Assembly (NCBI GenBank): GCA_043805415.1
Contig: JAZDHZ010000021.1
Location: forward strand, 8,127 to 72,126
DNA length: 64,000 nucleotides
Direction: 5' to 3'
Origin: Candidatus Omnitrophota bacterium
GTDB lineage: Bacteria; Omnitrophota; Gorgyraeia; B26-G9
Shown: piece by piece, positions 18,419-28,064 of the stretch
How positions within the stretch are numbered: position 1 is the stretch's first letter
Layout: each line of letters starts with the position of its first letter
Notes under the pieces: generated by a model
Told to the model about the DNA's origin: nothing
Databases searched by the model: none
Seen by the model: the letters and a program-made list of their open reading frames with translations, nothing else
Translations under genes and position numbers: made by a program

Positions 18419-18958
18419 ATGCTACAGTTTATTAGTAAGCTTTCGAAAAGAGAAAAACTAGTTTTATCAATATCAATAATTTTTGTTTTATTGGCGCTTC
18501 TCGATAGAGCTATATTGCACCCGATTATTGATAAAATGAAAAGCTTTGAACAGGAAATAAAAACTACTGAATATGAAATGACGAAAAATATAAAAATTCT
18601 CAATCAGAGCGCTCGGATTGAAAAAGAAGAGAAAAAATACGCGTCATATATGAAGGAATCTGGTTCGGAAGAAGAAGAAACCGCCGGATTATTACGGATT
18701 GTGGAAAACCTAGCGAGTACAACAAATGTCTATTTAGTTGATTTAAAGCCGGGAGGAGTAGAAGTATCCGGCAATTTAAAAAAATTTATTATTAATGTTA
18801 GTTGTGAAGCGCAAATGCAGCAAATTCTGAGTTTTATGTATGCGATTGAAAGCTCAGAGGTTCTTATGCATATTGCGGCATTTAGCATGAATCCTAAAGC
18901 CAAGGATTCAGATATTAATCGATGCGAGTTTCTATTAAATAAAATAGTTATCCAATAA
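18419..18958 (+). CDS. GspM/PilO-like bitopic inner-membrane assembly protein
   Basis: 179 aa, N-terminal TM LVLSISIIFVLLALL, coiled coil, and position after the L-like gene. Confidence 0.5.
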   Translation: MLQFISKLSKREKLVLSISIIFVLLALLDRAILHPIIDKMKSFEQEIKTTEYEMTKNIKILNQSARIEKEEKKYASYMKESGSEEEETAGLLRIVENLASTTNVYLVDLKPGGVEVSGNLKKFIINVSCEAQMQQILSFMYAIESSEVLMHIAAFSMNPKAKDSDINRCEFLLNKIVIQ

Positions 18959-19080
18959 CGCCATTAAGTTCATAAAACAAGACACAGGACACAAGTTAGT
19001 AGAAAAGTAAAAATTAAAAACTAAAAACTAAAAAGTAAACGCTAATCGCTATCCGCTATCCGCTGTTTTAAATCGTCTGG

Positions 19081-19109
19081 TTGCAATATAATACGCTAAA
19101 TGATATAAT
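19081..19109 (+). promoter_or_regulatory. Promoter TTGCAA-N17-TATAAT for pgk
   Basis: ttgcaa tataatacgctaaatga tataat, 36 nt upstream of the GGGAGG RBS. Confidence 0.5.
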
Positions 19110-19145
19110 AAATCTCTTAAATATTGAACAAGGGAGGGATAAACA

Positions 19146-20330
19146 ATGAATAAAATGACAGTTAAAGACCTTGATTTAAACAATAAAAAAGTCCTGATGA
19201 GAGTTGATTTTAATGTTCCTTTGGACGCGAATCGCGATATTACAGATGATTTAAGGATTGTATCGGCTTTGCCGACGATAAAATACTGCATAGAACAGGG
19301 CGCGGCAAAAATTATTCTTATCAGCCATTTGGGTCGGCCTAAGGGACAGGTTGTAGATAAAATGAGCTTAAAGCCCGCGGCAAAAAGCCTAGAAAAATTG
19401 CTGGGAATGCCGGTTAAAATGCTCGATGATTGTGTGGGCGAAAAAGTTAACAAAGCAGTAGCCCAGGCAAGTGAAAAAATCATATTACTGGAAAATTTAC
19501 GTTTTCACGCGGAGGAAACAAAAAATGACCCTGTTTTTGCCAAACAATTAGCTGAATTGGGTGAAGTGTTTGTTAATGATGCTTTTGGCACAGCGCATCG
19601 CGCGCACGCGTCTACCGAAGGCGTTACCCATTATTTACCAGCAGTGGCGGGATTTCTTTTGGAAAAAGAAATGGCTTATTTGGGTAAAGTAGTGGAAAAT
19701 CCGGAAAGACCGTTAGTAACAATTTTAGGCGGGGCTAAGGTTTCTGATAAAATTAAAATGATCGAGAATATGATGGATAAGGTCGATTGTTTTTTAATCG
19801 GCGGAGGCATGGCATATACTTTCTTAAAAGCTCAAGGCAAACAGATTGGAGCCTCTAAGTTAGAAGAAGATAAAATTGATTTAGCGAAAACAATTCTCCA
19901 AAAAGCAAAAGAAAAGAAGGTTGCCTTTATTTTACCGATTGATCATAAAGTAGCAGATAAGTTTGATGCTCAAGCCGCGGTACAATATGTTGGCGATGAA
20001 ATCCCGGAAGGTTGGATGGGCTTAGACATTGGACCGAAAACTATAGAACTGTTTAAACAAAAACTTAAAACAGCGAAAACAATTGTCTGGAATGGGCCTG
20101 TAGGTGTTTTTGAAATGCCGGCTTTTTCCAAAGGGACTGAGGCGCTTGCCCAGTATATCGCGACTTTATCCGCAACCAGTATTATTGGTGGAGGCGATAC
20201 TGCCAGCGCGGTAAGGCAGTTTAAGGTTGTGGATAAAATGAGTCATGTTTCAACCGGTGGAGGCGCGAGTTTGGAGCTTCTGGAAGGACTAGAATTACCA
20301 GGGATCGCGGCTTTAAAAAATAAGGAATAA
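19146..20330 (+). CDS. pgk: Phosphoglycerate kinase
   Basis: LMRVDFNVPLD, ISHLGRPKG, GGGASLELLEG. Confidence 0.97.
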   Translation: MNKMTVKDLDLNNKKVLMRVDFNVPLDANRDITDDLRIVSALPTIKYCIEQGAAKIILISHLGRPKGQVVDKMSLKPAAKSLEKLLGMPVKMLDDCVGEKVNKAVAQASEKIILLENLRFHAEETKNDPVFAKQLAELGEVFVNDAFGTAHRAHASTEGVTHYLPAVAGFLLEKEMAYLGKVVENPERPLVTILGGAKVSDKIKMIENMMDKVDCFLIGGGMAYTFLKAQGKQIGASKLEEDKIDLAKTILQKAKEKKVAFILPIDHKVADKFDAQAAVQYVGDEIPEGWMGLDIGPKTIELFKQKLKTAKTIVWNGPVGVFEMPAFSKGTEALAQYIATLSATSIIGGGDTASAVRQFKVVDKMSHVSTGGGASLELLEGLELPGIAALKNKE

Positions 20331-20340
20331 AATTTTATTC
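20322..20340 (+). terminator. Perfect AT-rich palindrome GGAATAAAATTTTATTCC overlapping the pgk stop
   Basis: Seen directly. A 9-bp stem with no loop, so at most a weak or partial terminator. Confidence 0.3.
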
Positions 20341-20353
20341 CAGGGTATTAAAT

Positions 20354-20803
20354 TTGAAAATGAAAAAAATAGACTGTTTTGGTTTTACCTTAATGGAAGT
20401 GCTGGCAGTATTAGCAATAATTTCTTTTTTAATGGGCATGATTTTAAGCGGCGGCAATCAAGCTAATAAAAGAGCGCGGATATATAAAACCAAAGCAATG
20501 ATTGCTTCACTGGATACGGCTTTGGCTTTGTACCATACAGATTTCGGGTTCTATCCTGCCTCAGGGAATCAGAATATGGTAAATTCTTTGGCAGGGCCGG
20601 CATATGCCTCTGAGGATGACTGGCATGGGCCGTATATGTCTTTTAAAGCAGAAGATTTGAGCGGGGTTATGCCTAATGCCACGGTAATTGATCCCTGGGG
20701 AACAGATTATTCATATGCTTTAGGAACTGTTCCGGCTTATGAAATTAAGTCCTGGGGGCCAGACAAAGCAAATAATACTAGTGATGATATAAGCAGTTTG
20801 TAA
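20354..20803 (+). CDS. Second GspG-like pseudopilin, inserted between pgk and tpiA
   Basis: CFGFTLMEVLAVLAIISFL prepilin N-terminus, and IDPWGTDYSY matches the GspG signature. Confidence 0.8.
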   Translation: MKMKKIDCFGFTLMEVLAVLAIISFLMGMILSGGNQANKRARIYKTKAMIASLDTALALYHTDFGFYPASGNQNMVNSLAGPAYASEDDWHGPYMSFKAEDLSGVMPNATVIDPWGTDYSYALGTVPAYEIKSWGPDKANNTSDDISSL

Positions 20804-20910
20804 GTAAGATAAGTTTTTAATTAGGGTTGTTAACAAAAAGACCTCTCACCTATGTTTCTAGGTTCGAGGTCGTTTCGCCCTAAAAAAAGGGCTCAACGAG
20901 GAGAATTTGT

Positions 20911-21675
20911 ATGCGTAAACCGATTATCGCAGGCAACTGGAAGATGAATAAAACAATAACCGAGGCTTTAGATCTTGTGCGCCAGCTTACTATGGAGCTT
21001 AAGGATATTAAAGATGTGGACATTCTGGTTTGTCCGGTTTTCACCGCATTGCATAGTGTTAGTCAGGCGGTTGATGGCTCTAATATAAAAATGGGAGCTC
21101 AAAATTTATTGTGGGAAGAAAAAGGGGCATTTACCGGAGAAGTATCGGCTCTGATGTTAAAAGATACACATTGTGAATATGTTATCCTCGGACACTCGGA
21201 AAGACGGAGCATTTTTAAAGAAACCAATGAAAATGTAAATAAAAAAATCAAAGCCGCATTAAAAGCTGATTTATTACCGATCCTATGTGTCGGCGAAAGA
21301 CTTCAAGAACGCGAAGATAACAAAACATATGAGGTTATCGCCGATCAACTGAAAGGTTCATTAGCAGATATTAGCGCGGATGATCTTAAGAAAATAATTA
21401 TTGCCTATGAGCCTGTTTGGGCAATTGGTACAGGCAAGGTTGCGACTCCCGCGCAAGCCCAGGCTGCGCATGCTTTTATTAGAAAGCTTATATCGGAAAA
21501 TTTCGGCTCAGATACGGCTGAGAGCTTGAGAATTCAATACGGGGGAAGCGTAAACCCGGAGAATATTAAAGACTTGATTGGTCAGCCGGATATTGACGGG
21601 GCATTAGTTGGCGGAGCAAGTTTAAAAGCCGAGGATTTTATTCAATTAGTCCAAGCTTGTACAATCGAAAATTAG
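20911..21675 (+). CDS. tpiA: Triosephosphate isomerase
   Basis: IIAGNWKMN, AYEPVWAIGTGKVATP, QYGGSV. Confidence 0.97.
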   Translation: MRKPIIAGNWKMNKTITEALDLVRQLTMELKDIKDVDILVCPVFTALHSVSQAVDGSNIKMGAQNLLWEEKGAFTGEVSALMLKDTHCEYVILGHSERRSIFKETNENVNKKIKAALKADLLPILCVGERLQEREDNKTYEVIADQLKGSLADISADDLKKIIIAYEPVWAIGTGKVATPAQAQAAHAFIRKLISENFGSDTAESLRIQYGGSVNPENIKDLIGQPDIDGALVGGASLKAEDFIQLVQACTIEN

Positions 21676-21755
21676 CTTGATTAGCCGGGTAATAAGTTAG
21701 CAAGGGATTAAACCGATTGCTAATGATAAATGGTTAAGATTATGATTAAAAATCA

Positions 21756-23432
21756 GTGATTTTCTCTGCTGGGGTAAAAATGCTGAATAAACAAAAAATG
21801 TTAAGCGAATTTCTTGAGGCCAAAGGAATCGCTAGTTATAATCAACTTGAGCAAGCTAAGCTAATTCAACAGCGTTTGCAAAAGAGTATTGGTCATATTC
21901 TTAATGATTTAGGCGTTGTTTATGATGATAATTTATCGCAGTTAATAATAGAAGAACTCGGCCTTACTTATGTTGATAGATTAAATTACTCTTTTGAAAA
22001 AAAAGTAATGGAATTAATCAATCCTTTCTTTGCTAAACGTTTCAGAATAATCCCCCTTAAATTAGAGGCGGATAACCTCCTGGTTGCTTTAGACGAACCG
22101 ATGAATTTTTTATCTTTAGAATATTTTTCTGATACTTTAAATATTAGGGTTGAAGCAGAACTAATAACAAAAAATCAGATGGATGATTTGCTCAATACCT
22201 ATTACCAGGCTGAGGAAGATACAACTATCGCGGAAAATTATCTGCCGCCTTCGGATAATACATATAAAGAAGACGATGCTCCGGTTATTCAGTTAGTCAG
22301 TATGCTGATTTCAGATGCTTATCAAAAAAGAGCAAGTGATATACATATTGAGCCCATGTATGATTCTCTAAGAATTCGTTATCGAATTGACGGAGTGCTA
22401 AGACAAGTTCAATCCCCGGATAAAAATTTACAATCTCCAATCATTAGCAGAATAAAGTTAATGGCCGGGCTGAATATAGCTGAGAAAAGGTTGCCACAAG
22501 ATGGCAGAATTAGAACCACAGTAAATAATAAGGAATTTGATTTGAGAATTTCAACTCTTCCGGCGCATTATGGAGAGAGTGTTGTATTGCGCATACTGGA
22601 CAGAAGAGTTATTACAATTGAAGAAATGGGCTTTTCGCCAGCGCAGATACAAAGTTTTAAAAATATTGTTAAAATGCCGAATGGGATAATTCTGGTAACC
22701 GGGCCTACCGGAAGCGGGAAAAGCACAACTCTTTATGGGGTGTTAAACAGTATAAATAGATCAAAGAAAAAGATATTAACGGTTGAAGATCCGGTGGAAT
22801 ATCAGATAAACGGCATAAATCAGGTTCAGGTGAAAACGAAAATTGGATTAAGTTTTGCCCTGGTTTTAAGATCAATGCTAAGACAAGCTCCAGACATTAT
22901 CATGGTCGGAGAAATAAGAGATCTGGAAACAGCGAGAATCGCTGTGCAATCAGCGCTAACCGGGCATCTGATTTTTAGTACCCTGCATACAAATGACGCG
23001 CCAAGTGCCGTAGCGAGAATTGTGGATATGGGAATTAAGCCGTACCTTGTAGGAGCTACTTTACAAGCTGTCTTAGCTCAGAGATTGATCAGACTGCTTT
23101 GTCCGGATTGTAAACAATCGTACAAACCGCCAAAAGATGAAATTAGAATTCTGGAGATTGATCCAGACAGTGATCTTAGTATTTTTAAAGCAAAAGGATG
23201 CAATCTTTGCGCCCATACGGGTTATCTCGGACGTACTGGAATTTTTGAGCTTTTAATGGTAGATGAAAAAATTAGGCGTTTAGCTGGTGAGAATGTTTCG
23301 AGCAGTGTGATTAGAGAGCAGGCAAGAGCATCAGGAATGACTACCTTAAAAGAACATGCCAGAGATAAAGTTTTGCAGGGATTGACTACCTTTCAAGAAC
23401 TTGTTAGGGTTACGCAAAGTGATGTTGATTAA
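21756..23432 (+). CDS. PilB/GspE-family assembly ATPase (paralog 2)
   Basis: GPTGSGKSTTLY, CPDCK...CNLCAHTGY. The probable true start is the ATG at 21780 (MLNKQK), preceded by GGGG. Confidence 0.9.
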   Translation: MIFSAGVKMLNKQKMLSEFLEAKGIASYNQLEQAKLIQQRLQKSIGHILNDLGVVYDDNLSQLIIEELGLTYVDRLNYSFEKKVMELINPFFAKRFRIIPLKLEADNLLVALDEPMNFLSLEYFSDTLNIRVEAELITKNQMDDLLNTYYQAEEDTTIAENYLPPSDNTYKEDDAPVIQLVSMLISDAYQKRASDIHIEPMYDSLRIRYRIDGVLRQVQSPDKNLQSPIISRIKLMAGLNIAEKRLPQDGRIRTTVNNKEFDLRISTLPAHYGESVVLRILDRRVITIEEMGFSPAQIQSFKNIVKMPNGIILVTGPTGSGKSTTLYGVLNSINRSKKKILTVEDPVEYQINGINQVQVKTKIGLSFALVLRSMLRQAPDIIMVGEIRDLETARIAVQSALTGHLIFSTLHTNDAPSAVARIVDMGIKPYLVGATLQAVLAQRLIRLLCPDCKQSYKPPKDEIRILEIDPDSDLSIFKAKGCNLCAHTGYLGRTGIFELLMVDEKIRRLAGENVSSSVIREQARASGMTTLKEHARDKVLQGLTTFQELVRVTQSDVD

Positions 23433-23705
23433 AAGCAAGAGAACAGAAAAAAGAAGGTCACAAGGACACAAAGTCACCAGGTCACAAGGATGGAAAGACG
23501 AAAAAGCAGAAAAGCTAAAAGCGCTTGACTGATGGCAAAAATTCTCTTTGAGCGGCGCTTTCGAACGTAATTTTGACAGGGATGTCAAAATAGAGAGAAC
23601 GCGCGGCTGGGCCTGCACGATGCAGGCTCAGGCTTAGCGAAAAGACGTGTTTTTGCCTAATACACACGACGTGCGACGCAATACTTAAAAAAGGGAGGAT
23701 AAATT

Positions 23706-24770
23706 ATGGGAGATATTGGTGAATTATTACAGCTTTGTGTTAAGCATAATGCCTCAGATATGCATTTAACTGTGGGAAAGCCTCCAACGCTGCGTATTGA
23801 CGGAGCATTGATGTCTTTAAATTATGATCCGCTTGGGCATGAAGATACTGAAGCGCTGATGAAGTCAATCACAAGTAATGATAATCAAAGGCGGATTCAG
23901 GAAGTCGGCGGTGTTGATTTTGGTTTTGCTTTTGAGAAAATAGCCAGGTTTCGGGTGTCTGTTTATAAACAAAAAGGCCATTATGGTTTAACTTTGCGCT
24001 TAATCCCAACTCATTTGTTGAGTTTTCAAGAAATTGGAGTTAGTAATGTAGTCAAGCAGTTGCTCTATCGTCCTAGAGGGTTAATTCTCGTTACCGGCCC
24101 TACTGGATCGGGGAAAACCACGACTATGGCGACAATGACTGATTTTATCAATACTGAACGCGACGCGCATATCATTACTATCGAAGATCCAATTGAGTAT
24201 TATCATACGCATAAAAAAGGGATTATTACCCAGCGGGAATTAGGCGTGGATGTTCCGAGTTTTAGTGAAGCGTTGATTAAAGGCTTGCGCCAGAATCCGG
24301 ATGTAATTTTAGTTGGAGAAATGAGAGACTTGGCAACTATTGAAGCGGCAATTTTAGCCGCGGAAACAGGGCATTTGGTTATGGCTACTTTGCATACAAC
24401 CAGCGCGGCAAGAACCGTTGACCGGATAATCGATGTTTTTCCGCCCAATCAACAGGAGCAGATCCGCACCCAATTGTCGACATCAATTTTAGCGGTTATT
24501 TCTCAGCAATTAATTGTTAAAGCTTCAGGCAGGGGAAGAATCGCGGCTTTTGAAATTATGATTAATACCGCCTCAATCCAAAACCTGATAAGAGAGAAGA
24601 AAACATACCGAATAACTTCGGATTTGCAGACTGGAGCAAAGTATGGGATGCGGACATTTGATTCCTCTTTATTTGAATTGTACACAAATGGAATAATCCG
24701 CTCTGAGGACGCGATTGATAAGGCTTTTGATCAGGATGGGATGCGGGCTAAAGTTGAAGGTAAACTCTAA
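23706..24770 (+). CDS. pilT: Twitching-motility retraction ATPase PilT
   Basis: 354 aa, [27 protein letters not shown], and no N-terminal GspII domain. Confidence 0.9.
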   Translation: MGDIGELLQLCVKHNASDMHLTVGKPPTLRIDGALMSLNYDPLGHEDTEALMKSITSNDNQRRIQEVGGVDFGFAFEKIARFRVSVYKQKGHYGLTLRLIPTHLLSFQEIGVSNVVKQLLYRPRGLILVTGPTGSGKTTTMATMTDFINTERDAHIITIEDPIEYYHTHKKGIITQRELGVDVPSFSEALIKGLRQNPDVILVGEMRDLATIEAAILAAETGHLVMATLHTTSAARTVDRIIDVFPPNQQEQIRTQLSTSILAVISQQLIVKASGRGRIAAFEIMINTASIQNLIREKKTYRITSDLQTGAKYGMRTFDSSLFELYTNGIIRSEDAIDKAFDQDGMRAKVEGKL

Positions 24771-24789
24771 AAAATATTTATGCTGAGGG

Positions 24790-26517
24790 TTGTTTATTCA
24801 GGAAGAAAATATGAGCAGCGGATTTAAATTTAAAACAATAGGCAATATTTTACAAGAACGCGGATTTATCAGCAAAGCTGATTTAAAAGAAGGCCTAGAG
24901 AGTCAAAAGGTAAGCGGTCTTCCTTTGGGTAAGATTCTGGTTAATCTGGGTTTTATTACAGAAGGACAATTGCTTAATGCCTTAGGCATTCAAGCTAAAC
25001 TGGAAACTGTTGATCTTGAGCAATTTTCTATTCCTTCCGAGGTTTTAGATAAAATCCCGGGTTCGATTGCTCGGCTTTATAATATTCTTCCGCTTAGTTT
25101 TGAATCAGGGGTGCTCTCAATAGCGACTTCTGATCCGTTCAATTTTAGCATAATCGACGATTTGCGTTTCATGTTTAATTATAATATTAAAGCTAAAATT
25201 GCTACGCGGATTAGTATTGCTGACGCAATCAAAAGATACTATGGATCCGATGTGGAAAGTGTTGATGAAATATTTTCTGAGATAAGTAATAATATTCCAG
25301 AGCTTATTGAAGAAGCCGCAAGAGCGGATAATATTGAAGAACTTTCCGCGCAGCTGCCGATTGTAAAATTGATTAATCTGATACTTATCCAAGCAATTAA
25401 AAAGAAAGCTTCGGATATTCATTTTGAACCTTTTCAGGATGAATTTAAAATACGCTATCGCCTAGACGGTGTGCTTTATGATATTGTTTCCCCGCCAAAA
25501 GTTTTGCATGTGGCAATCAGCTCTAGGATTAAAGTTATGGCAAATTTAAACATAGCGGAAACAAGGTTGCCTCAGGACGGAAGGACTTTAGTTAGAATTG
25601 CCGGACGCATGGTCGATATGCGAGTATCAACATTGCCGACTATTTTTGGGGAAAGTGTTGTTATTAGGATATTAGATAAAGCTACTGTTCAATTGTCGCT
25701 GGATGATTTGGGGTTTAAGGAAGATGTTAAAAATAAGATATATTCGCTGATTAAAAAACCTTATGGCATTATCTTAAGCACCGGGCCGACAGGATGCGGA
25801 AAAACAACGACTCAGTATTCAGCTTTGAGTCAGATAAATACAATTGAACAAAAAATAATTACAGTTGAAGATCCGGTGGAATTTGATTTGCCGGGTTTAA
25901 TCCAGGTTTCAGTGCGGCCTAAAATTAATTTTACATTTCCCGTAGCCTTGCGCCATATCCTTAGGCAGGATCCGGATATAATTATGGTCGGAGAAATCCG
26001 CGATACCGAGACCGTGCAAATGGCGATTCATGCTTCTTTAACCGGGCATCTTGTCTTTTCCACATTGCATACTAATGATGCTCCCAGCGCGGTAACCAGG
26101 CTTATTGATATGGGGGTTGAGCCTTTTTTAATCGCTTCCGCGGTGGAGGCAATTTTAGCGCAAAGACTTGTGCGCTGTATTTGTTTAAATTGTAAACAAG
26201 CTTATACTCCGACAAAAAAAGAGCTGGATGAAGCAGGCATTGAGCCGGAAGAAATAGAAAATAAAAAATTCTATAAAGGTATGGGGTGTGGTCAGTGTAA
26301 TAATTCAGGCTATAGAGGCAGATTGGGAGTTTTTGAGTTAATGGTGTTTGATGAGGATTTGCGTTCAATGATTCTTGATCGATCAACGGTTGGGGAATTG
26401 AGAAATCAGGCAATAAAAAATGGAATGCGGACATTAAGGAAAGACGCGTTATTAAAAGTATGCGATGGCTTAACCACCTTAGAAGAGTTGGTTAATATAA
26501 GTTCTAATTATTCATAA
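24790..26517 (+). CDS. PilB/GspE-family assembly ATPase (paralog 3) with N-terminal GspII-type domains
   Basis: GPTGCGKTTTQY, CLNCKQ...CGQCNNSGY. Confidence 0.9.
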   Translation: MFIQEENMSSGFKFKTIGNILQERGFISKADLKEGLESQKVSGLPLGKILVNLGFITEGQLLNALGIQAKLETVDLEQFSIPSEVLDKIPGSIARLYNILPLSFESGVLSIATSDPFNFSIIDDLRFMFNYNIKAKIATRISIADAIKRYYGSDVESVDEIFSEISNNIPELIEEAARADNIEELSAQLPIVKLINLILIQAIKKKASDIHFEPFQDEFKIRYRLDGVLYDIVSPPKVLHVAISSRIKVMANLNIAETRLPQDGRTLVRIAGRMVDMRVSTLPTIFGESVVIRILDKATVQLSLDDLGFKEDVKNKIYSLIKKPYGIILSTGPTGCGKTTTQYSALSQINTIEQKIITVEDPVEFDLPGLIQVSVRPKINFTFPVALRHILRQDPDIIMVGEIRDTETVQMAIHASLTGHLVFSTLHTNDAPSAVTRLIDMGVEPFLIASAVEAILAQRLVRCICLNCKQAYTPTKKELDEAGIEPEEIENKKFYKGMGCGQCNNSGYRGRLGVFELMVFDEDLRSMILDRSTVGELRNQAIKNGMRTLRKDALLKVCDGLTTLEELVNISSNYS

Positions 26518-26551
26518 TAAAACATATAACCAAAAATAGAAAACAATCAAA

Positions 26552-27793
26552 ATGGAAAAATTCAATTATGTGGCTGTAAGCAAAGATGGTGCTGATATTA
26601 AGGGAACGGTTGAAGCCATTAATTTAAATGACGCTTTGACTAAAATCAAGGGAAAGGGATATTTTCCCTCGGAAGTTGTGGCGGCGCACTTAAGCACTAA
26701 AAAATCTTTCTTAGCGGCTCTGATTAAAAAGTTGAGTTTTTTCAGGCTGGCGGACGCGAAAATAAAAGACATTGATCTGGTTATTTTTACCCGCCAGCTT
26801 TCCGTTCTCCTTGATGCCGGGCTATCTTTGGTGCGGGGTCTTCATACATTAAAAAAACAATCACGGTTTAAAGCAATGAATGCGGTTATTGCCGATGTTG
26901 TTGATATGATAGAGTCAGGCCGGGCATTTAGTGATGCTTTGGCGCATTATCCAGATACTTTTTCAAAAGTATATATCAATATTGTTAAAGCTGGAGAAAC
27001 CGGAGGGGCAATGGATCAGGTTCTTCGGCGGTTAGCTGATTTTTTAGAAAGAAATTTAAGATTAAAACAAAGGATTCAGGCAGCATTGATTTATCCCAGT
27101 CTTGTTCTTGCGGTATCACTTACAATTTTAATCCTTATCCTTGTTTTTGTAATTCCGCGATTTATGGAAATGTTTCAAGATACAGGAGTGGCTTTGCCTT
27201 TTTTAACTTTATGTATAATGTCTTTCAGTAATTTTCTATTAACTAAATGGTATGTGTTTTTTGCTGTGATAATTTTGTTTATAGGGTGCTATAAAATGTT
27301 ACTATATAATTCTAAGTTTCGTAATTATATTGATAATTTAAAGTTAAATATTCCGGTTTTAGGAGGATTAACCCAAAAGGTCATTGCGGCGCGATTTTCC
27401 CGGACTCTTTCAACCCTGCTTTCTGGGGGGGTTCCGATATTGAGAGCTTTAGAGTTAACCAAGGAAGTAAGCGGTAATGAGGTTGTCGCAAAAGCCATTG
27501 CTAATGTTGCGGAGCATGTTAAAGAAGGCGGTTTTATTTCCAAGGTACTTGAAAATAACCCGGCTTTTCCCCAGCTAATGATAAATATGATTGCAGTTGG
27601 CGAAGAGAGCGGGGCATTAGATAAGATGCTGGCTAAAGTCGCTGACACCTATGAAGAAGAAGTTGATGTTACGGCTAATACTTTAACATCGCTTTTAGAG
27701 CCTTTTCTTGTTATTGTTATGGGTGGGTTTGTTTTTATAATTGTTTTGGCAATGTTTTTGCCTTTATTGACCTTAATCCAGTCTTTAACTTAA
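26552..27793 (+). CDS. PilC/GspF platform protein (paralog 2)
   Basis: 413 aa with two T2SF repeats and the N-terminus FNYVAVSKDGADIKGTVEAINLNDALTKIKGKGYFP. Confidence 0.9.
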   Translation: MEKFNYVAVSKDGADIKGTVEAINLNDALTKIKGKGYFPSEVVAAHLSTKKSFLAALIKKLSFFRLADAKIKDIDLVIFTRQLSVLLDAGLSLVRGLHTLKKQSRFKAMNAVIADVVDMIESGRAFSDALAHYPDTFSKVYINIVKAGETGGAMDQVLRRLADFLERNLRLKQRIQAALIYPSLVLAVSLTILILILVFVIPRFMEMFQDTGVALPFLTLCIMSFSNFLLTKWYVFFAVIILFIGCYKMLLYNSKFRNYIDNLKLNIPVLGGLTQKVIAARFSRTLSTLLSGGVPILRALELTKEVSGNEVVAKAIANVAEHVKEGGFISKVLENNPAFPQLMINMIAVGEESGALDKMLAKVADTYEEEVDVTANTLTSLLEPFLVIVMGGFVFIIVLAMFLPLLTLIQSLT

Positions 27794-28064
27794 TGCAAAT
27801 AATTGAGTTGCATTATTGTTCGACAAAATTTTAGTCTAATTATGCTGAAATTTGCCGATTGAGTATTGACAAACCTTTATAAATATGATATATATATGAC
27901 ATATATGATAGTTAGAATTGTTTTATAGTCATTTTAAAGACAAACATCTTCCCTTTAAAAAAGCCTTTTCAAAGGAATGAATTGGTGACCTATGGGTATT
28001 GAAAAGATCTTAATATCTTGCCTGGTTAAATCACAAAATGGATGTATAATATTTAGGTTGATTC

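Noticed and set aside
18990-19075. Short tandem repeats (aaaactaaaaactaaaaa; cgctatccgctatccgct) downstream of the gspM-like gene, considered as a CRISPR or VNTR
   Set aside because: There are only 2-3 units of 6-7 nt with no spacers, so it is not a CRISPR array. It is likely replication slippage in an intergenic region.
20830-20905. Possible small RNA or terminator hairpins (GACCTC...GAGGTC; GCCCtaaaaaaaGGGC) before tpiA
   Set aside because: The stems are short and imperfect and are not followed by a clean U-tract, so they are too weak to call.
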